A stretch of DNA of 64,000 bases from Patescibacteria group bacterium (GTDB lineage: Bacteria > Patescibacteriota > Patescibacteriia > UBA2591 > UBA6264): positions 90,367-154,366 of the forward strand of contig JADHVF010000001.1 in the NCBI GenBank assembly GCA_016784145.1, read 5' to 3'. Below, one piece after another: positions 15,845 through 26,048 of the stretch. Every line of letters begins with the position of its first letter. Positions within the stretch are counted from its first letter, which is position 1. The position numbers and the translations under genes are program-made. The notes under the pieces are model-generated. The model made no database searches. It worked only from the letters and a program-made list of their open reading frames with translations, and had not been told where the DNA came from.

Positions 15845-15876
15845 AAAAAAGGGCTAGAATTTTCTAGCCCTTTTAT
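15845..15876 (+). terminator. Rho-independent terminator
   Basis: GGGCTAGA (15851-15858), loop aatt, TCTAGCCC (15863-15870), then TTTT. Confidence 0.7.
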
Positions 15877-16096
15877 GGTCTTGCTTACGCTTATTAAGGA
15901 GGATAGCAGAAACTGCCCAAAATCTTTATCCAAGATTTTTCAAAAGCAGAGAGATATTCAATAAAGGATAAGCATAGACCTTAAAAACCTCCATTTTTTT
16001 TGTATAATTTCTTAAGTATTATAACAATAGCATATTTAAATATTTTGTCAAGCTTTGTATGTTGAAAAAATAATGTATTTTTGATAATATAAAAAC

Positions 16097-17404
16097 ATGG
16101 AATATATTTCTAAAATTAAACAATCTGATTTAACTAAGATTTATTACTGGCTCATTGTTTTCGGTATTTTATCATTTTTATTATTTGGTAACTTTTTTTT
16201 AAAAAATATTGTTATAGCTCAAAACAATTCTAAAAACAATAATCAAACAAAACATGTTTTACCAAATAATCAGTCGGATAATTTATTAAACATTCCTAAT
16301 GTTGCTGAGAGGCAAACACAACCAGAATTTATTATCAAAGAATATATAGTGCAGTCAGGAGATGTGTTTTCACTACTAGCAGAAGAATTAGGCATAACTA
16401 ATGAACGAATTCATCAAATTATAAATAATTCAAACAATGTTTATGATTTTGCCAGCATAATGGCTGGAAATTCTATTCAGTCATTTTTTGATTTCAAAAC
16501 AAATGAATTTGTAAAAATGGTCTATAATATAAATGAAAATAATTATATTTTAATAGAAAATACTAATTTAGATATAATAGTAAAAAAAATTAAAAGAGAA
16601 TATGACATTAAACTAACAAAAGTGAGAGGCATTGTAGACGAATCTTTTTATCTTGCCGGACAAACTGCCGGACTTAAAGACAAAACCATAATGGAAATGG
16701 CTGATATTTTTGCATGGGACATTGATTTTGGCATGGAAGTCAAACAAGGAGATGTGTTTGAATTTTTATATGAAAAACGCTTTTTAGATGGACAAGAAGT
16801 GTCTCCTGGAAAAATATTAATTGCTAGTTATAATAATCAAAATAATGTTCATACGGCCTTATATTATAAAGACCCTGAAGGAAGTTGGGATTATTATGAT
16901 ATAAATGGTCATAATTTGCGTAGACAATTTCTTCGTTCGCCTATAAACTATAGGTATATTAGTTCAGGATTCAGTTATAAGCGAATGCATCCTGTTTGGG
17001 GAGTATATACAACTCATACTTCAATTGATTATGCTGCCTCTTGTGGTACGCCTGTGTATGTTCCCGGGGATGGCATAATTACATTCGCGGGTTGGAAAAA
17101 TTATGTTTATGGTTATACGGTTGAAGTAAGACATAATGGAGTTTATCAAACAAGATACTCTCATCTTTCTAATTTTGCCAAAGGAATAAAATATGGTACT
17201 AAAGTCAAACAAGGACAAATAGTTGCTTTTGTTGGCACAACAGGAACTTCAACAGGTTGCCATCTTGATTATGGAATGAAAAAATATGGACAAGCAGTAA
17301 ATCCGTTGTTACAAAAATTCGACCGTTCAGACCCGGTTAAAGCAGATTTTGTAGGAAATTTTGAATTTGAAAAAAATATCCTTATAAACCTATTGAAAGA
17401 ATAG
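16097..17404 (+). CDS. LysM domain-containing M23 family metallopeptidase
   Basis: N-terminal TM. LysM motif EYIVQSGDVFSLLAEELGIT. M23 motifs HTSIDYAA, RHNGVYQTRYSHL, GTTGTSTGCHLDY. Confidence 0.85.
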   Translation: MEYISKIKQSDLTKIYYWLIVFGILSFLLFGNFFLKNIVIAQNNSKNNNQTKHVLPNNQSDNLLNIPNVAERQTQPEFIIKEYIVQSGDVFSLLAEELGITNERIHQIINNSNNVYDFASIMAGNSIQSFFDFKTNEFVKMVYNINENNYILIENTNLDIIVKKIKREYDIKLTKVRGIVDESFYLAGQTAGLKDKTIMEMADIFAWDIDFGMEVKQGDVFEFLYEKRFLDGQEVSPGKILIASYNNQNNVHTALYYKDPEGSWDYYDINGHNLRRQFLRSPINYRYISSGFSYKRMHPVWGVYTTHTSIDYAASCGTPVYVPGDGIITFAGWKNYVYGYTVEVRHNGVYQTRYSHLSNFAKGIKYGTKVKQGQIVAFVGTTGTSTGCHLDYGMKKYGQAVNPLLQKFDRSDPVKADFVGNFEFEKNILINLLKE

Positions 17405-17454
17405 AAAATATATGTTATAATATAGTCATAAATAATAAACTAATTTTTAAATTT

Positions 17455-17598
17455 ATGGAAGGTTATTGCGTAAAATGTAAAGCAAAAAGAGAAATAGCAG
17501 AGGCCAAAGAAGTTACAATGAAGAACAAAAGAAAGGCATTAAAAGGAAAATGCCCAAAATGTGGTACTGGAATGTACAGAATTTTAGGAAAAGCATAA
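17455..17598 (+). CDS. Small zinc-ribbon protein (47 aa, CxxC...CxxC)
   Basis: MEGYCVKCKAKREIAEAKEVTMKNKRKALKGKCPKCGTGMYRILGKA. Resembles a conserved small archaeal/CPR zinc-ribbon family (recalled from memory, not verified). Below the ORF-track cutoff. Confidence 0.5.
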   Translation: MEGYCVKCKAKREIAEAKEVTMKNKRKALKGKCPKCGTGMYRILGKA

Positions 17599-17711
17599 AA
17601 AGGGTCTTTTAAAATCCTTTTTATTCTCAAATAGCAGAGTTTTGCTTTTAAGCAGAAATCGCCTTGGCTTTATTTTTGTCAAGGCGATAACACTTTATAA
17701 AATTAAATCAA

Positions 17712-18743
17712 ATGAATAATAAAATTAAAATAATATCAGAAAAAATCATTGCCAAAACCATTAAATATAAGTGGGGGAAAGATATGGCTGGGCGAAAAAT
17801 GATAAAGTTAATCCCAATTGTTAGTCCAGGAGATAGTATTGAGAAGATAAAAAATCAACTAGCAGATAAAATTAAGAATAAATACATAGATACAATAAAT
17901 TATATTTATGTAGTGGATTATAATAAAAAATTAGTTGGTGTTTTTTCAATAAAAAAAATATTTAAAGAGCCAAATAGCAAGCAAGCCAAAGACATAATGA
18001 TTAAAAATCTTATTTCGGTTTCTCCTAAAACAGATCAAGAGGATGTGGTTTGGTTGGCTCTTAAAAATAATATAAAGTCAATCCCGGTTGTTGACAAAAA
18101 CCAAGTTTTATTAGGGATTGTTCCAAGTGATAAAATTTTAAAGATATTAGATAAAGAATATGGAGAAGATTTATTACACATAGCTGGTATATATGCTCCT
18201 GGTTCGCATTTAAGTAACATTTTAAGTGTTTCTTTAATTGCTTTAATAAAACAAAGAATACCATGGTTAATTATAGGACTTGGTGGTGGACTACTTTCAG
18301 CTGCAATAATTGGATTTTTTAAAGAATCATTGGAGGAAAATCTAATTTTAGCAATGTTTATTCCTATCATTGTTTATATGAGTGGAGCAGTTGGATCTCA
18401 AACAAGAGTTCTTTTTGTGAGAGACATGGCCATGACTTCTAAATTGCCATTATTAAAATATTATTTAAAACATATAAAAATAAGTTTTTCTTTAGCAATC
18501 TTTTTAAGCTCACTTCTTTTTTTGGTTGTATTTTTTGTTGGTGATTCATTTAATTTAGCTTTAGCTCTTGGCATAGCTATGCTACTGACCATTTTATGGG
18601 GAGCTGTTTTATCTTTAGTGCTTCCTTATCTTTTAAATAGATTCAAATTTGACCCAGCTCTTAGTGCGGGCCCATTCACAACAACAATACAAGATATTTC
18701 AAGCATTATAATATATTTTTTAACAGCAAATATTATTCTTTAA
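17712..18743 (+). CDS. mgtE: Magnesium transporter MgtE (CBS pair plus MgtE TM domain; short form)
   Basis: CBS-like region (residues ~30-150), then 5 TM helices with GGLLSAAIIGFF and a C-terminal PFTTTIQDISSIIIYF motif typical of MgtE. Confidence 0.75.
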   Translation: MNNKIKIISEKIIAKTIKYKWGKDMAGRKMIKLIPIVSPGDSIEKIKNQLADKIKNKYIDTINYIYVVDYNKKLVGVFSIKKIFKEPNSKQAKDIMIKNLISVSPKTDQEDVVWLALKNNIKSIPVVDKNQVLLGIVPSDKILKILDKEYGEDLLHIAGIYAPGSHLSNILSVSLIALIKQRIPWLIIGLGGGLLSAAIIGFFKESLEENLILAMFIPIIVYMSGAVGSQTRVLFVRDMAMTSKLPLLKYYLKHIKISFSLAIFLSSLLFLVVFFVGDSFNLALALGIAMLLTILWGAVLSLVLPYLLNRFKFDPALSAGPFTTTIQDISSIIIYFLTANIIL

Positions 18744-18757
18744 TATAAAATAAATAA

Positions 18758-20473
18758 ATGGACAACAAACAAGTATCAGAGATTTTTAATCAAATGGCTG
18801 ATATTTTAGAGATAAAACAAGCTAATAGATTTAAAATTATTGCTTTTCGTAGAGCTGGAGAAACAATTAAACAAATGCCAGTTAATGTTAGGACTATTTA
18901 TCAATCAGGGAATTTGGAAGATATTCCGGGCGTAGGGATTGCGCTGGCAGGTAAAATTAAAGAACTAATTAAAACTGGAACATGTTCAGAGTTTGAAAAA
19001 TTAAAAAAGGAAATCCCCAGAGGAGTAGTAAAATTATTAGAAATACAAGGAATAGGTCCCAAAAGAGTGGCTCTTTTTTTTAATAAATTTAACGTAAAAT
19101 CAATTAGAGCGCTTGAAAAATTAATAAAATCAAAAAAATTAGATAAACTTAAGGGGTGGGGAGATAAAAGCCAAGCAGACATTCTTCATAAAATAACAGT
19201 TTATAAAAGATTTAAAAATCGTTTTTTATTAGGAAAAATTTATCCTTTAGCTAATAATATTATTAACCAACTAACCAAAGAAAAATTAATAGATAAAGCT
19301 GCTATTTGTGGTTCCGTAAGAAGAGGAAAAGAAACAGTAGGGGATTTAGATATTTTAGTGACATCTAAAAAACCATTGCAAGCAATTGATTTTTTTTGTT
19401 CAATGAATTTTGTAAAAAAAATATTATTAAAAGGAAACACCAAAGCTCGAGTTCTTATTAAAAGTGGCCCTGAGACAGATTTAAGAGTAGTAAAGCCAGC
19501 TAGTTTTGGGTCAGCTATGCATTATTTTACTGGTTCAAGGTCCCATAATATTAAGCTTCGTAAGTTAGGGATATCAAAAGGATTGAAAATTAATGAATAT
19601 GGTGTTTTTAAAAACAATCGAAAGATAGCTGGCCGAACAGAAACAAGTGTGTTTGAGGCAGTAAAAATCCCTTTTATTCCTCCTGAAATAAGGGAAGGGA
19701 TGAATGAAATAAAAATAGCTCAAGAGAACAAGTTGCCAAAATTAATAAATTTTAATGATATTAAAGGAGATTTACACTTGCACACAAAATGGTCTGATGG
19801 GACTAGAACAATAATTGAAATGGCTAAACATTGTCAGGCAATAGGATATAAATATATTGCAATCACAGATCATGCCTCTCCATTAAAAATTGTAAACGGA
19901 CTGGATAAGCATAGAATATTAAAATACATCAAAGCAATAAAATTGGCTGATAAAAAAGTAAAAGGAATAAAAATTTTAGCAGGAGCAGAAGTTGATATCA
20001 AAAAAGATGGTTCATTATTTTTGCCAGATAAAATTTTAAAAAAATTAGATTTAGTCATAGCTTCGGTTCATTCAGGGTTTAAGATGAACGAAATAGAGAT
20101 GACTAGAAGAATTAAAATAGCCATTAGAAATCCTTGTGTTCATATTATAGGACATCCAACTGGCAGATTAATAAACAGAAGAGAACCATATAAAGTTGAT
20201 ATGGAAGAAATTTTAAAAACAGCTAAAGATGCTCAGAAAATAATAGAAATAAATGCATTTTACACTCGCCTTGATTTAAATGCCATACATGTTAAAATGG
20301 CTAAAGACATTGGTGTTAAAATGGTTATTTCAACAGACTCGCATTCAACTAGCCATCTTAATACAATGTTTTACGGCATTTTAACTGCTCGGAGAGGGTG
20401 GTTAGAAGTAAAAGATGTAGTTAATGCCAAAAGCTTTAAACAATTTGCACGACAATTAAAAATTCAAGATTAA
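18758..20473 (+). CDS. DNA polymerase X family protein with C-terminal PHP domain (PolX)
   Basis: HhH motifs. Pol-beta nucleotidyltransferase signature GSVRRGKETVGDLDILV. PHP motifs HLHTKWSDG and ITDH. Confidence 0.85.
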   Translation: MDNKQVSEIFNQMADILEIKQANRFKIIAFRRAGETIKQMPVNVRTIYQSGNLEDIPGVGIALAGKIKELIKTGTCSEFEKLKKEIPRGVVKLLEIQGIGPKRVALFFNKFNVKSIRALEKLIKSKKLDKLKGWGDKSQADILHKITVYKRFKNRFLLGKIYPLANNIINQLTKEKLIDKAAICGSVRRGKETVGDLDILVTSKKPLQAIDFFCSMNFVKKILLKGNTKARVLIKSGPETDLRVVKPASFGSAMHYFTGSRSHNIKLRKLGISKGLKINEYGVFKNNRKIAGRTETSVFEAVKIPFIPPEIREGMNEIKIAQENKLPKLINFNDIKGDLHLHTKWSDGTRTIIEMAKHCQAIGYKYIAITDHASPLKIVNGLDKHRILKYIKAIKLADKKVKGIKILAGAEVDIKKDGSLFLPDKILKKLDLVIASVHSGFKMNEIEMTRRIKIAIRNPCVHIIGHPTGRLINRREPYKVDMEEILKTAKDAQKIIEINAFYTRLDLNAIHVKMAKDIGVKMVISTDSHSTSHLNTMFYGILTARRGWLEVKDVVNAKSFKQFARQLKIQD

Positions 20474-20493
20474 AATCTTAAAATTAATAAATT

Positions 20494-21021
20494 ATGAAAT
20501 CAAGACCTAGTAAGCATGAATATTATTTAAAAATTGCTGAAAAGATCGGCTCTCGTTCAACTTGTTTTCGCAATAAAATAGGGGTTGTAATTTTAACTAA
20601 AGATCAAATCGCAGCAACTGGATACATAGGGGCTCCTAGAAAAACAAAAGATTGTATTGTTAGGGGAAATTGTCTTAGAAATAAATTAAATATTTCACAT
20701 GGTAGTCAATACGAGATATGTCGTTCTGTTCATGCTGAACAAAATGCAATCATAAATGCTGCTAGAGCAGGTACAAATATTTTTGATGGGATTATGTATA
20801 TTGCCGGAATGACAACTAACAATGAAAAAATAAATATGTTTCCTTGTTTCATTTGTAAAAAAATGATTATAAATTCCGGCATTAAAAAAGTTATTTGTTC
20901 TATGAAAAATAATAAATTTAAAATTTTTGTTATAAAAGAATGGATTGAAGATTGGCAAAAAAAAGATATTATTAAAGACAAATATCAGTATGGACAAGAC
21001 CAAAATAAAAAATATGATTAA
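20494..21021 (+). CDS. dCMP deaminase (ComEB-like cytidine/deoxycytidylate deaminase)
   Basis: HAEQNAI and PCFICKKMI zinc-binding motifs. Confidence 0.8.
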   Translation: MKSRPSKHEYYLKIAEKIGSRSTCFRNKIGVVILTKDQIAATGYIGAPRKTKDCIVRGNCLRNKLNISHGSQYEICRSVHAEQNAIINAARAGTNIFDGIMYIAGMTTNNEKINMFPCFICKKMIINSGIKKVICSMKNNKFKIFVIKEWIEDWQKKDIIKDKYQYGQDQNKKYD

Positions 21022-21406
21022 AGAAATTACAATTTTAAGCAAGCAAAGATATGAAATGATTGATATTACTGATAAATTAGAAGAAATTATTAAAAAAGCA
21101 AGCATTAAAAATGGATTAGCTCTTATATTTGTTCGTCATTCTACGGCCGGAGTTATTTTAACTGAAAATGAAGCAGGATTAAAACAAGATTGGATTAATT
21201 TTTTTAAAAGAATGATGTCTGGGATTGATTTTAAACATAACCAAATTGACAATAATGCTGATTCACATATTTTGGCCGGCTTAATGGGGCAGGGGAGAAC
21301 TATTTCAATTGAGAATAATAAATTAAATAGAGGATTTTGGCAACAAATTTTTTTAGCTGAATTTGATGGCCCTAGAACAAGGACAATAATAATTAAAATT
21401 ATATAA
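21014..21406 (+). CDS. YjbQ/UPF0047 family protein (secondary thiamine-phosphate synthase-like)
   Basis: HSTAGVILTENE...DSHILAGLMGQGRTISI...LAEFDGPRTRTI matches the YjbQ pattern. The ATG at 21014 overlaps the previous stop (ATGATTAA). The ORF track begins earlier at 20945. Confidence 0.7.
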   Translation: MIKEITILSKQRYEMIDITDKLEEIIKKASIKNGLALIFVRHSTAGVILTENEAGLKQDWINFFKRMMSGIDFKHNQIDNNADSHILAGLMGQGRTISIENNKLNRGFWQQIFLAEFDGPRTRTIIIKII

Positions 21407-21416
21407 TTAATAAATC

Positions 21417-21977
21417 ATGGAATTATTTGATGAACTAAACACAAAGACAGCTGAAATTATAATGAAGGGAGGCCTTGGCGTAATTCCAACTGATACAATT
21501 TATGGAATTGTAGCCAGTGCCTTAAACAAAAGCGCAGTAACCATGATTTATAAAATAAGGAAAAGAGAGTTAGATAAACCAATGATTATTTTAATAGGGA
21601 ATTTAAATGATTTAGAAATATTTAATATAAGAGTAGATAATAAAATAAGAAAAGCTTTAGCTGGTTTTTGGCCAGGAAAAACAAGTATTATTTTTAAATG
21701 TTCTGACCCTAAGTTTTCATATCTTCATAGAGGAAAACAAACGTTAGCAATAAGATTACCTGCTGGCAAAAAATTAAGAAGTTGGTTAAAACAAACAGGA
21801 CCAATAGTAGCCCCTAGTGCTAACATAGCTGGCATGGCCTATTCTAAAACAGTCAGCCAAGCTCAAAAATATTTTTCTAATAAAATAGATTTTTATGTTG
21901 ACAAAGGACTAATTAGCGCTAAACCATCTAAGGTTATTGAAATAAGCAAACAAAAGATAATTATAAAAAGAAAATAA
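21417..21977 (+). CDS. tsaC: L-threonylcarbamoyladenylate synthase (YrdC/TsaC family)
   Basis: GGLGVIPTDTIYGIVASA...KIRKRELDKPMIILIGN. Confidence 0.8.
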   Translation: MELFDELNTKTAEIIMKGGLGVIPTDTIYGIVASALNKSAVTMIYKIRKRELDKPMIILIGNLNDLEIFNIRVDNKIRKALAGFWPGKTSIIFKCSDPKFSYLHRGKQTLAIRLPAGKKLRSWLKQTGPIVAPSANIAGMAYSKTVSQAQKYFSNKIDFYVDKGLISAKPSKVIEISKQKIIIKRK

Positions 21978-22036
21978 ACAGAAAATCCGTTAGTTGACTG
22001 ATATTTTTAATATAATAAAATTATAAAAAAGAGATT

Positions 22037-24757
22037 ATGAAAAATAAAATACAAATTCAAACTATTATTTTTATACTATTATTTTTAACAATTTTTTTGA
22101 TGCCAAATATTTTTAATATTTTAGTTGATTGGCATTGGTTTGCTAATATTGGATACTTATCAGTATTCAAGACGATTATTTGGTCACAAATTTTGATTGG
22201 CATAATTGCTGGAATAATTTCTTTTTTAATTATATTTTTAAACTTATTAATCAGTCAAAAAACAGCCAAATCATCAGATTTATCAGCAAAATACATTGAG
22301 ATTAATCCAGTCAAAAAAATAGCATTTAATGGAATTAATAAACTTAAAATAATATTAACATTAATATTGTCAATAATAATCGGGATTGCTTGTGCAAGTA
22401 ATTGGGAAGTCATTTTAAAATATTTTAATTCTACTAGTTTTGGGTTAAATGACCCTATATTTGGGAAAGATATTTCATTTTATTTTTTTCAACTTCCTTT
22501 TTTTCAATTTTTTATTTCTTTATGTTTTTGGCTAATAATTTTCTCTTTCATAGGAGTTATGATTACTTATAGTTTAAGGGGGCTAAAATCATTGAAAAGT
22601 TTTGATAGTTTTTTAATTAAAAATAAGCGAGCAAAAATACATCTTTCAATCTTGGCTGGCTTGTTTTTTCTTTTAATTGCCTTGAATATTAATTTTGTTA
22701 AAATTCCGAGCTTGCTTTATAGTTCTACGGGTCCTTTTATTGGAGCAAGTTATACTGATATTCATGCTATCTTGCCTTTTCTAAAAATATCAATAATATT
22801 TGCATTGCTAGTGGCTTGCTTATGTATTTTAAGTATTTTTAAATCAAGTAATAAATGGATTATATATTCAATTGGGTTGTATTTTGTCATCTCAATTTTA
22901 GGTGGGACTATTTATCCAGCCATGTTACAAAGATTTATTGTCTTGCCAAATGAACTTGTAAAAGAAACTCCCTATATGGAACATCATATTGCTGCCACTA
23001 GAAAAGCTTTTGGAATTGATAATATTATAGAAAGAAATTTAAAGGGAGAAGCGTCACTCACAATAGAGGATATTAATAATAATCAATCAACAATAAAAAA
23101 TGTTCGATTATGGGACAGAGAACCTTTATTAGATACATTTTCTCAAATTCAAGAAATTAGGACTTATTATGACTTTGTTTCAGTTGATAATGATAGATAT
23201 CAACTAAATGGCGATTATAGGCAAGTGTTGTTATCACCCAGAGAGCTTAATTCCTACAGTTTACCACAAAGAAATTTTATTAATGAACATTTAACTTTTA
23301 CACACGGATTTGGATTAACATTAAGTCCTGTTAATGAGGTTACTTCTGAAGGATTACCAGTGTTATTAATAAAAGACCTTCCGCCTGTTTCAAGTATTGA
23401 TTCTCTTTTAATAAACGACCCAGAGATATATTATGGCGAGCTTTCTAATGAATATGTTGTTGTGAAAACAAACGCTAAAGAATTCGATTATCCATCTGGA
23501 GAAGAAAATATTTTTACTAATTATAGCGGGAGCGGGGGAGTGAAGATTAATTCTTTTTTTAGAAAAGCATTATTTGCAATAAAATTTGGTTCTTTAAAAA
23601 TTCTTCTTTCAAATGACATAAATAATGACTCTAGGATAATGTATTATAGAGATATTAGAACAAGAGTGAAAAAAGTGTTGCCATTTTTAAAATTTGACAA
23701 TGATCCTTATTTAGTTATTGGAAAAGAAGGAGATTTAAAATGGATTTATGATGCTTATACGGTCAGTAACAAGTATCCGTATTCCATTTTTATGACAGGT
23801 TTTAATGATTATCAGTCATATATTTCCAATAACATAAATTATATTAGAAATTCTGTTAAAATAGTAATAGATGCTTATAATGGAGATATTAAAGTTTATA
23901 TTTCTGATAAAAATGACCCAATTATACAAACATATGCCAAAATTTTTAAAGATTTGTTTATGCCAATAGAAGAAATGAATACAACTTTAAGAGAACATAC
24001 AAGATATCCAGAAGATTTATTTGATTATCAAACCAAGCTTTATTCCACTTATCATATGGATAAAATTCAGATTTTTTATAACAAGGAAGACCAGTGGGTT
24101 ATTCCGTCAAGAATAGGACTCGACACAGATGACCCAATGATGCGTAGAATGATAATGAAACTTCCAGAAGAAGATAAAGAAGAGTTTATTTTAATGATTC
24201 CATTTACTCCAAGAGGCAAGGATAATTTAGCTGCTTGGATGGTGGCGAGAAATGATAATGAAAAATATGGAGAATTAATTATATATAAATTTCCAAAACA
24301 AAGATTAATTTTTGGTCCAACCCAAATAAACAATAGAATAAATCAAGACACAGAAGTATCTCAACAATTAACTTTATGGGACCAAAGAGGGTCAGAGGTA
24401 ATTAAAGGGAATTTATTGGTAATTCCAATTGAAGAATCGCTTATATATGTTCAACCAATTTATTTAAGAGCAGAAGGTGGTAAAATTCCAGAATTAAAAC
24501 GGGTAATAGTTGCTTATGAAAAACATATAGTTATGGCCGAAGACTTAGACACTGGCTTAGCTGAAATATTTGGAAATAATCAATATAATGATAAAATCGA
24601 TAAACAAGAAACAATAACAGCCCCTACAACCAATGACTTAATAAAGCAAGCCCAAAAATATTTTGAGGAAGCGATTCAAGCACAGCAACAAGGGGATTGG
24701 TCTAAATATGGAACTAAATTAGAAAATCTTGGTAATATCCTTAAAAAATTAAAATAA
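22037..24757 (+). CDS. UPF0182 family large membrane protein
   Basis: 906 aa, with ~7 N-terminal TM helices then a large soluble domain. YPAMLQRFIVLPNELVKETPYMEHHIAATRKAFGID resembles the UPF0182 signature. Confidence 0.65.
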   Translation: MKNKIQIQTIIFILLFLTIFLMPNIFNILVDWHWFANIGYLSVFKTIIWSQILIGIIAGIISFLIIFLNLLISQKTAKSSDLSAKYIEINPVKKIAFNGINKLKIILTLILSIIIGIACASNWEVILKYFNSTSFGLNDPIFGKDISFYFFQLPFFQFFISLCFWLIIFSFIGVMITYSLRGLKSLKSFDSFLIKNKRAKIHLSILAGLFFLLIALNINFVKIPSLLYSSTGPFIGASYTDIHAILPFLKISIIFALLVACLCILSIFKSSNKWIIYSIGLYFVISILGGTIYPAMLQRFIVLPNELVKETPYMEHHIAATRKAFGIDNIIERNLKGEASLTIEDINNNQSTIKNVRLWDREPLLDTFSQIQEIRTYYDFVSVDNDRYQLNGDYRQVLLSPRELNSYSLPQRNFINEHLTFTHGFGLTLSPVNEVTSEGLPVLLIKDLPPVSSIDSLLINDPEIYYGELSNEYVVVKTNAKEFDYPSGEENIFTNYSGSGGVKINSFFRKALFAIKFGSLKILLSNDINNDSRIMYYRDIRTRVKKVLPFLKFDNDPYLVIGKEGDLKWIYDAYTVSNKYPYSIFMTGFNDYQSYISNNINYIRNSVKIVIDAYNGDIKVYISDKNDPIIQTYAKIFKDLFMPIEEMNTTLREHTRYPEDLFDYQTKLYSTYHMDKIQIFYNKEDQWVIPSRIGLDTDDPMMRRMIMKLPEEDKEEFILMIPFTPRGKDNLAAWMVARNDNEKYGELIIYKFPKQRLIFGPTQINNRINQDTEVSQQLTLWDQRGSEVIKGNLLVIPIEESLIYVQPIYLRAEGGKIPELKRVIVAYEKHIVMAEDLDTGLAEIFGNNQYNDKIDKQETITAPTTNDLIKQAQKYFEEAIQAQQQGDWSKYGTKLENLGNILKKLK

Positions 24758-24764
24758 AAAAACT

Positions 24765-25469
24765 ATGAAAATTAAACTATTATTTTTACTTTTAATCCCT
24801 CTAGTTGTGTCTGGGTGTGTATCATCTGAGACAATAAAAAAGGAGGATGCAGAGACAATTAAAGAACCAGTTGTGAAAACAGTTAAAGATTTACCTGAAG
24901 CAATTAATCAGCCTAAAGACAAGTTAATTATGGAAATAGTTAAAGATGTTAAAAAAATAGAGCCAACTGAATTTGATGATTTGGTTAGCAAATACAAGCA
25001 AGCTATTATTAAAACAAGTTTAGGAGATATTAAGGTAGAACTTTATAACAATGATTCTCCTATTACTGTTAATAATTTTCTTAATTTAGCAAACAAAGAG
25101 TTTTATGATAACACAAAGTTTCATCGTGTAATAAAAAACTTCATGATTCAAGCAGGTGATCCAAATAGTAAAGACAATAATTGGGATGACGATGGCACAG
25201 GTGGTCCAGGATATTCATTTAAAGACGAGATAAATGAACATAAATTAGTAAAAGGAAGCTTAGCCATGGCTAACTCCGGACCAAATACAAATGGTTCTCA
25301 ATTTTTTATTGTTACTGCTAATCAAACTTCTTGGCTTGATGGCCTGCATACTAATTTTGGATATGTTATTGACGGCTTGGATGTTATTGAAAAAATTGAA
25401 AAAACAGAGGCTAATGCAAGGGACCATCCAATAAATGATATAATTATAAAAAGTATTGTTTTAGAGTAA
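24765..25469 (+). CDS. Cyclophilin-type peptidyl-prolyl cis-trans isomerase, lipoprotein
   Basis: Lipobox LVVSGC. Cyclophilin motifs FHRVIKNFMIQAGDP and GSLAMANSGPNTNGSQFFI. Confidence 0.85.
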   Translation: MKIKLLFLLLIPLVVSGCVSSETIKKEDAETIKEPVVKTVKDLPEAINQPKDKLIMEIVKDVKKIEPTEFDDLVSKYKQAIIKTSLGDIKVELYNNDSPITVNNFLNLANKEFYDNTKFHRVIKNFMIQAGDPNSKDNNWDDDGTGGPGYSFKDEINEHKLVKGSLAMANSGPNTNGSQFFIVTANQTSWLDGLHTNFGYVIDGLDVIEKIEKTEANARDHPINDIIIKSIVLE

Positions 25470-25470
25470 G

Positions 25471-25662
25471 ATGGAATGTCAACAAAATAAAAATATAGTC
25501 AATTGTCCTTGTACTTATCCAGGTTGTCCCAGGAAAGGGGTTTGTTGTGAATGTATTAAATATCACAACCAAAGAAAAGAATTGCCTGCTTGTGTATTTT
25601 CAAAGCAAGCGGAAGCAACTTATGACAGAACGATTGAGAAATTCATACAAGATCAGAAATAG
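25471..25662 (+). CDS. Small Cys-rich protein (9 Cys in 63 aa), conserved-hypothetical type
   Basis: MECQQNKNIVNCPCTYPGCPRKGVCCECIKYHNQRKELPACVF... Confidence 0.5.
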   Translation: MECQQNKNIVNCPCTYPGCPRKGVCCECIKYHNQRKELPACVFSKQAEATYDRTIEKFIQDQK

Positions 25663-25730
25663 GGAGCAAGAATAATTGTAAATTAGGTTAAATAATTTGT
25701 TTTATAAATTTTTGTAAATAAAATTTACAA

Positions 25731-25763
25731 TAAAAAAAGCCCTCTTTAATTAGAGGGCTTTTA
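25731..25763 (+). terminator. Rho-independent terminator
   Basis: GCCCTCT (25739-25745), loop ttaatt, AGAGGGC (25752-25758), then TTTT. Confidence 0.7.
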
Positions 25764-26048
25764 ATGGTAGGCATTAAAAAAATATTTGGTCTGTTTTTTA
25801 ATCAGAGCGTCAATCCAATCCAAGGAGTATGTTGGAAGGCAATAGGAGAGAAGAGGTTCCTATTTAACTATAATTGCTCGAGAAAAACAGATATTGGAAA
25901 AAAGGAGGTTTTTCCAAATAAGCCAACATATAATTTTAATGCCTGAATTTTTCCACTCCTTAATTATATTTATATGATAACATATTTTTTTAAAAAAGTT
26001 ATCCACAAACTATGATAAAAACAAATAATTTGATATACTAAATATAAC

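Noticed and set aside
15880-16096. c-di-AMP (ydaO-type) riboswitch upstream of the LysM/M23 peptidase
   Set aside because: No ydaO consensus blocks were seen, and the element lies upstream of the predicted promoter rather than in the leader.
17599-17711. M-box (Mg) riboswitch expected upstream of mgtE
   Set aside because: The gap is only ~110 nt, and none of the conserved M-box segments are recognisable. Only a simple hairpin is present.
20945-21013. Longer N-terminal extension of the YjbQ ORF (track start 20945), overlapping the dCMP deaminase by 77 nt
   Set aside because: The ATG at 21014 gives a typical YjbQ N-terminus and a compact ATGATTAA overlap. The upstream extension is probably not translated.
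25764-25946. 60-aa ORF downstream of the small Cys-rich gene
   Set aside because: It starts inside the terminator hairpin, has no SD and has an unconvincing composition. It is treated as non-coding.
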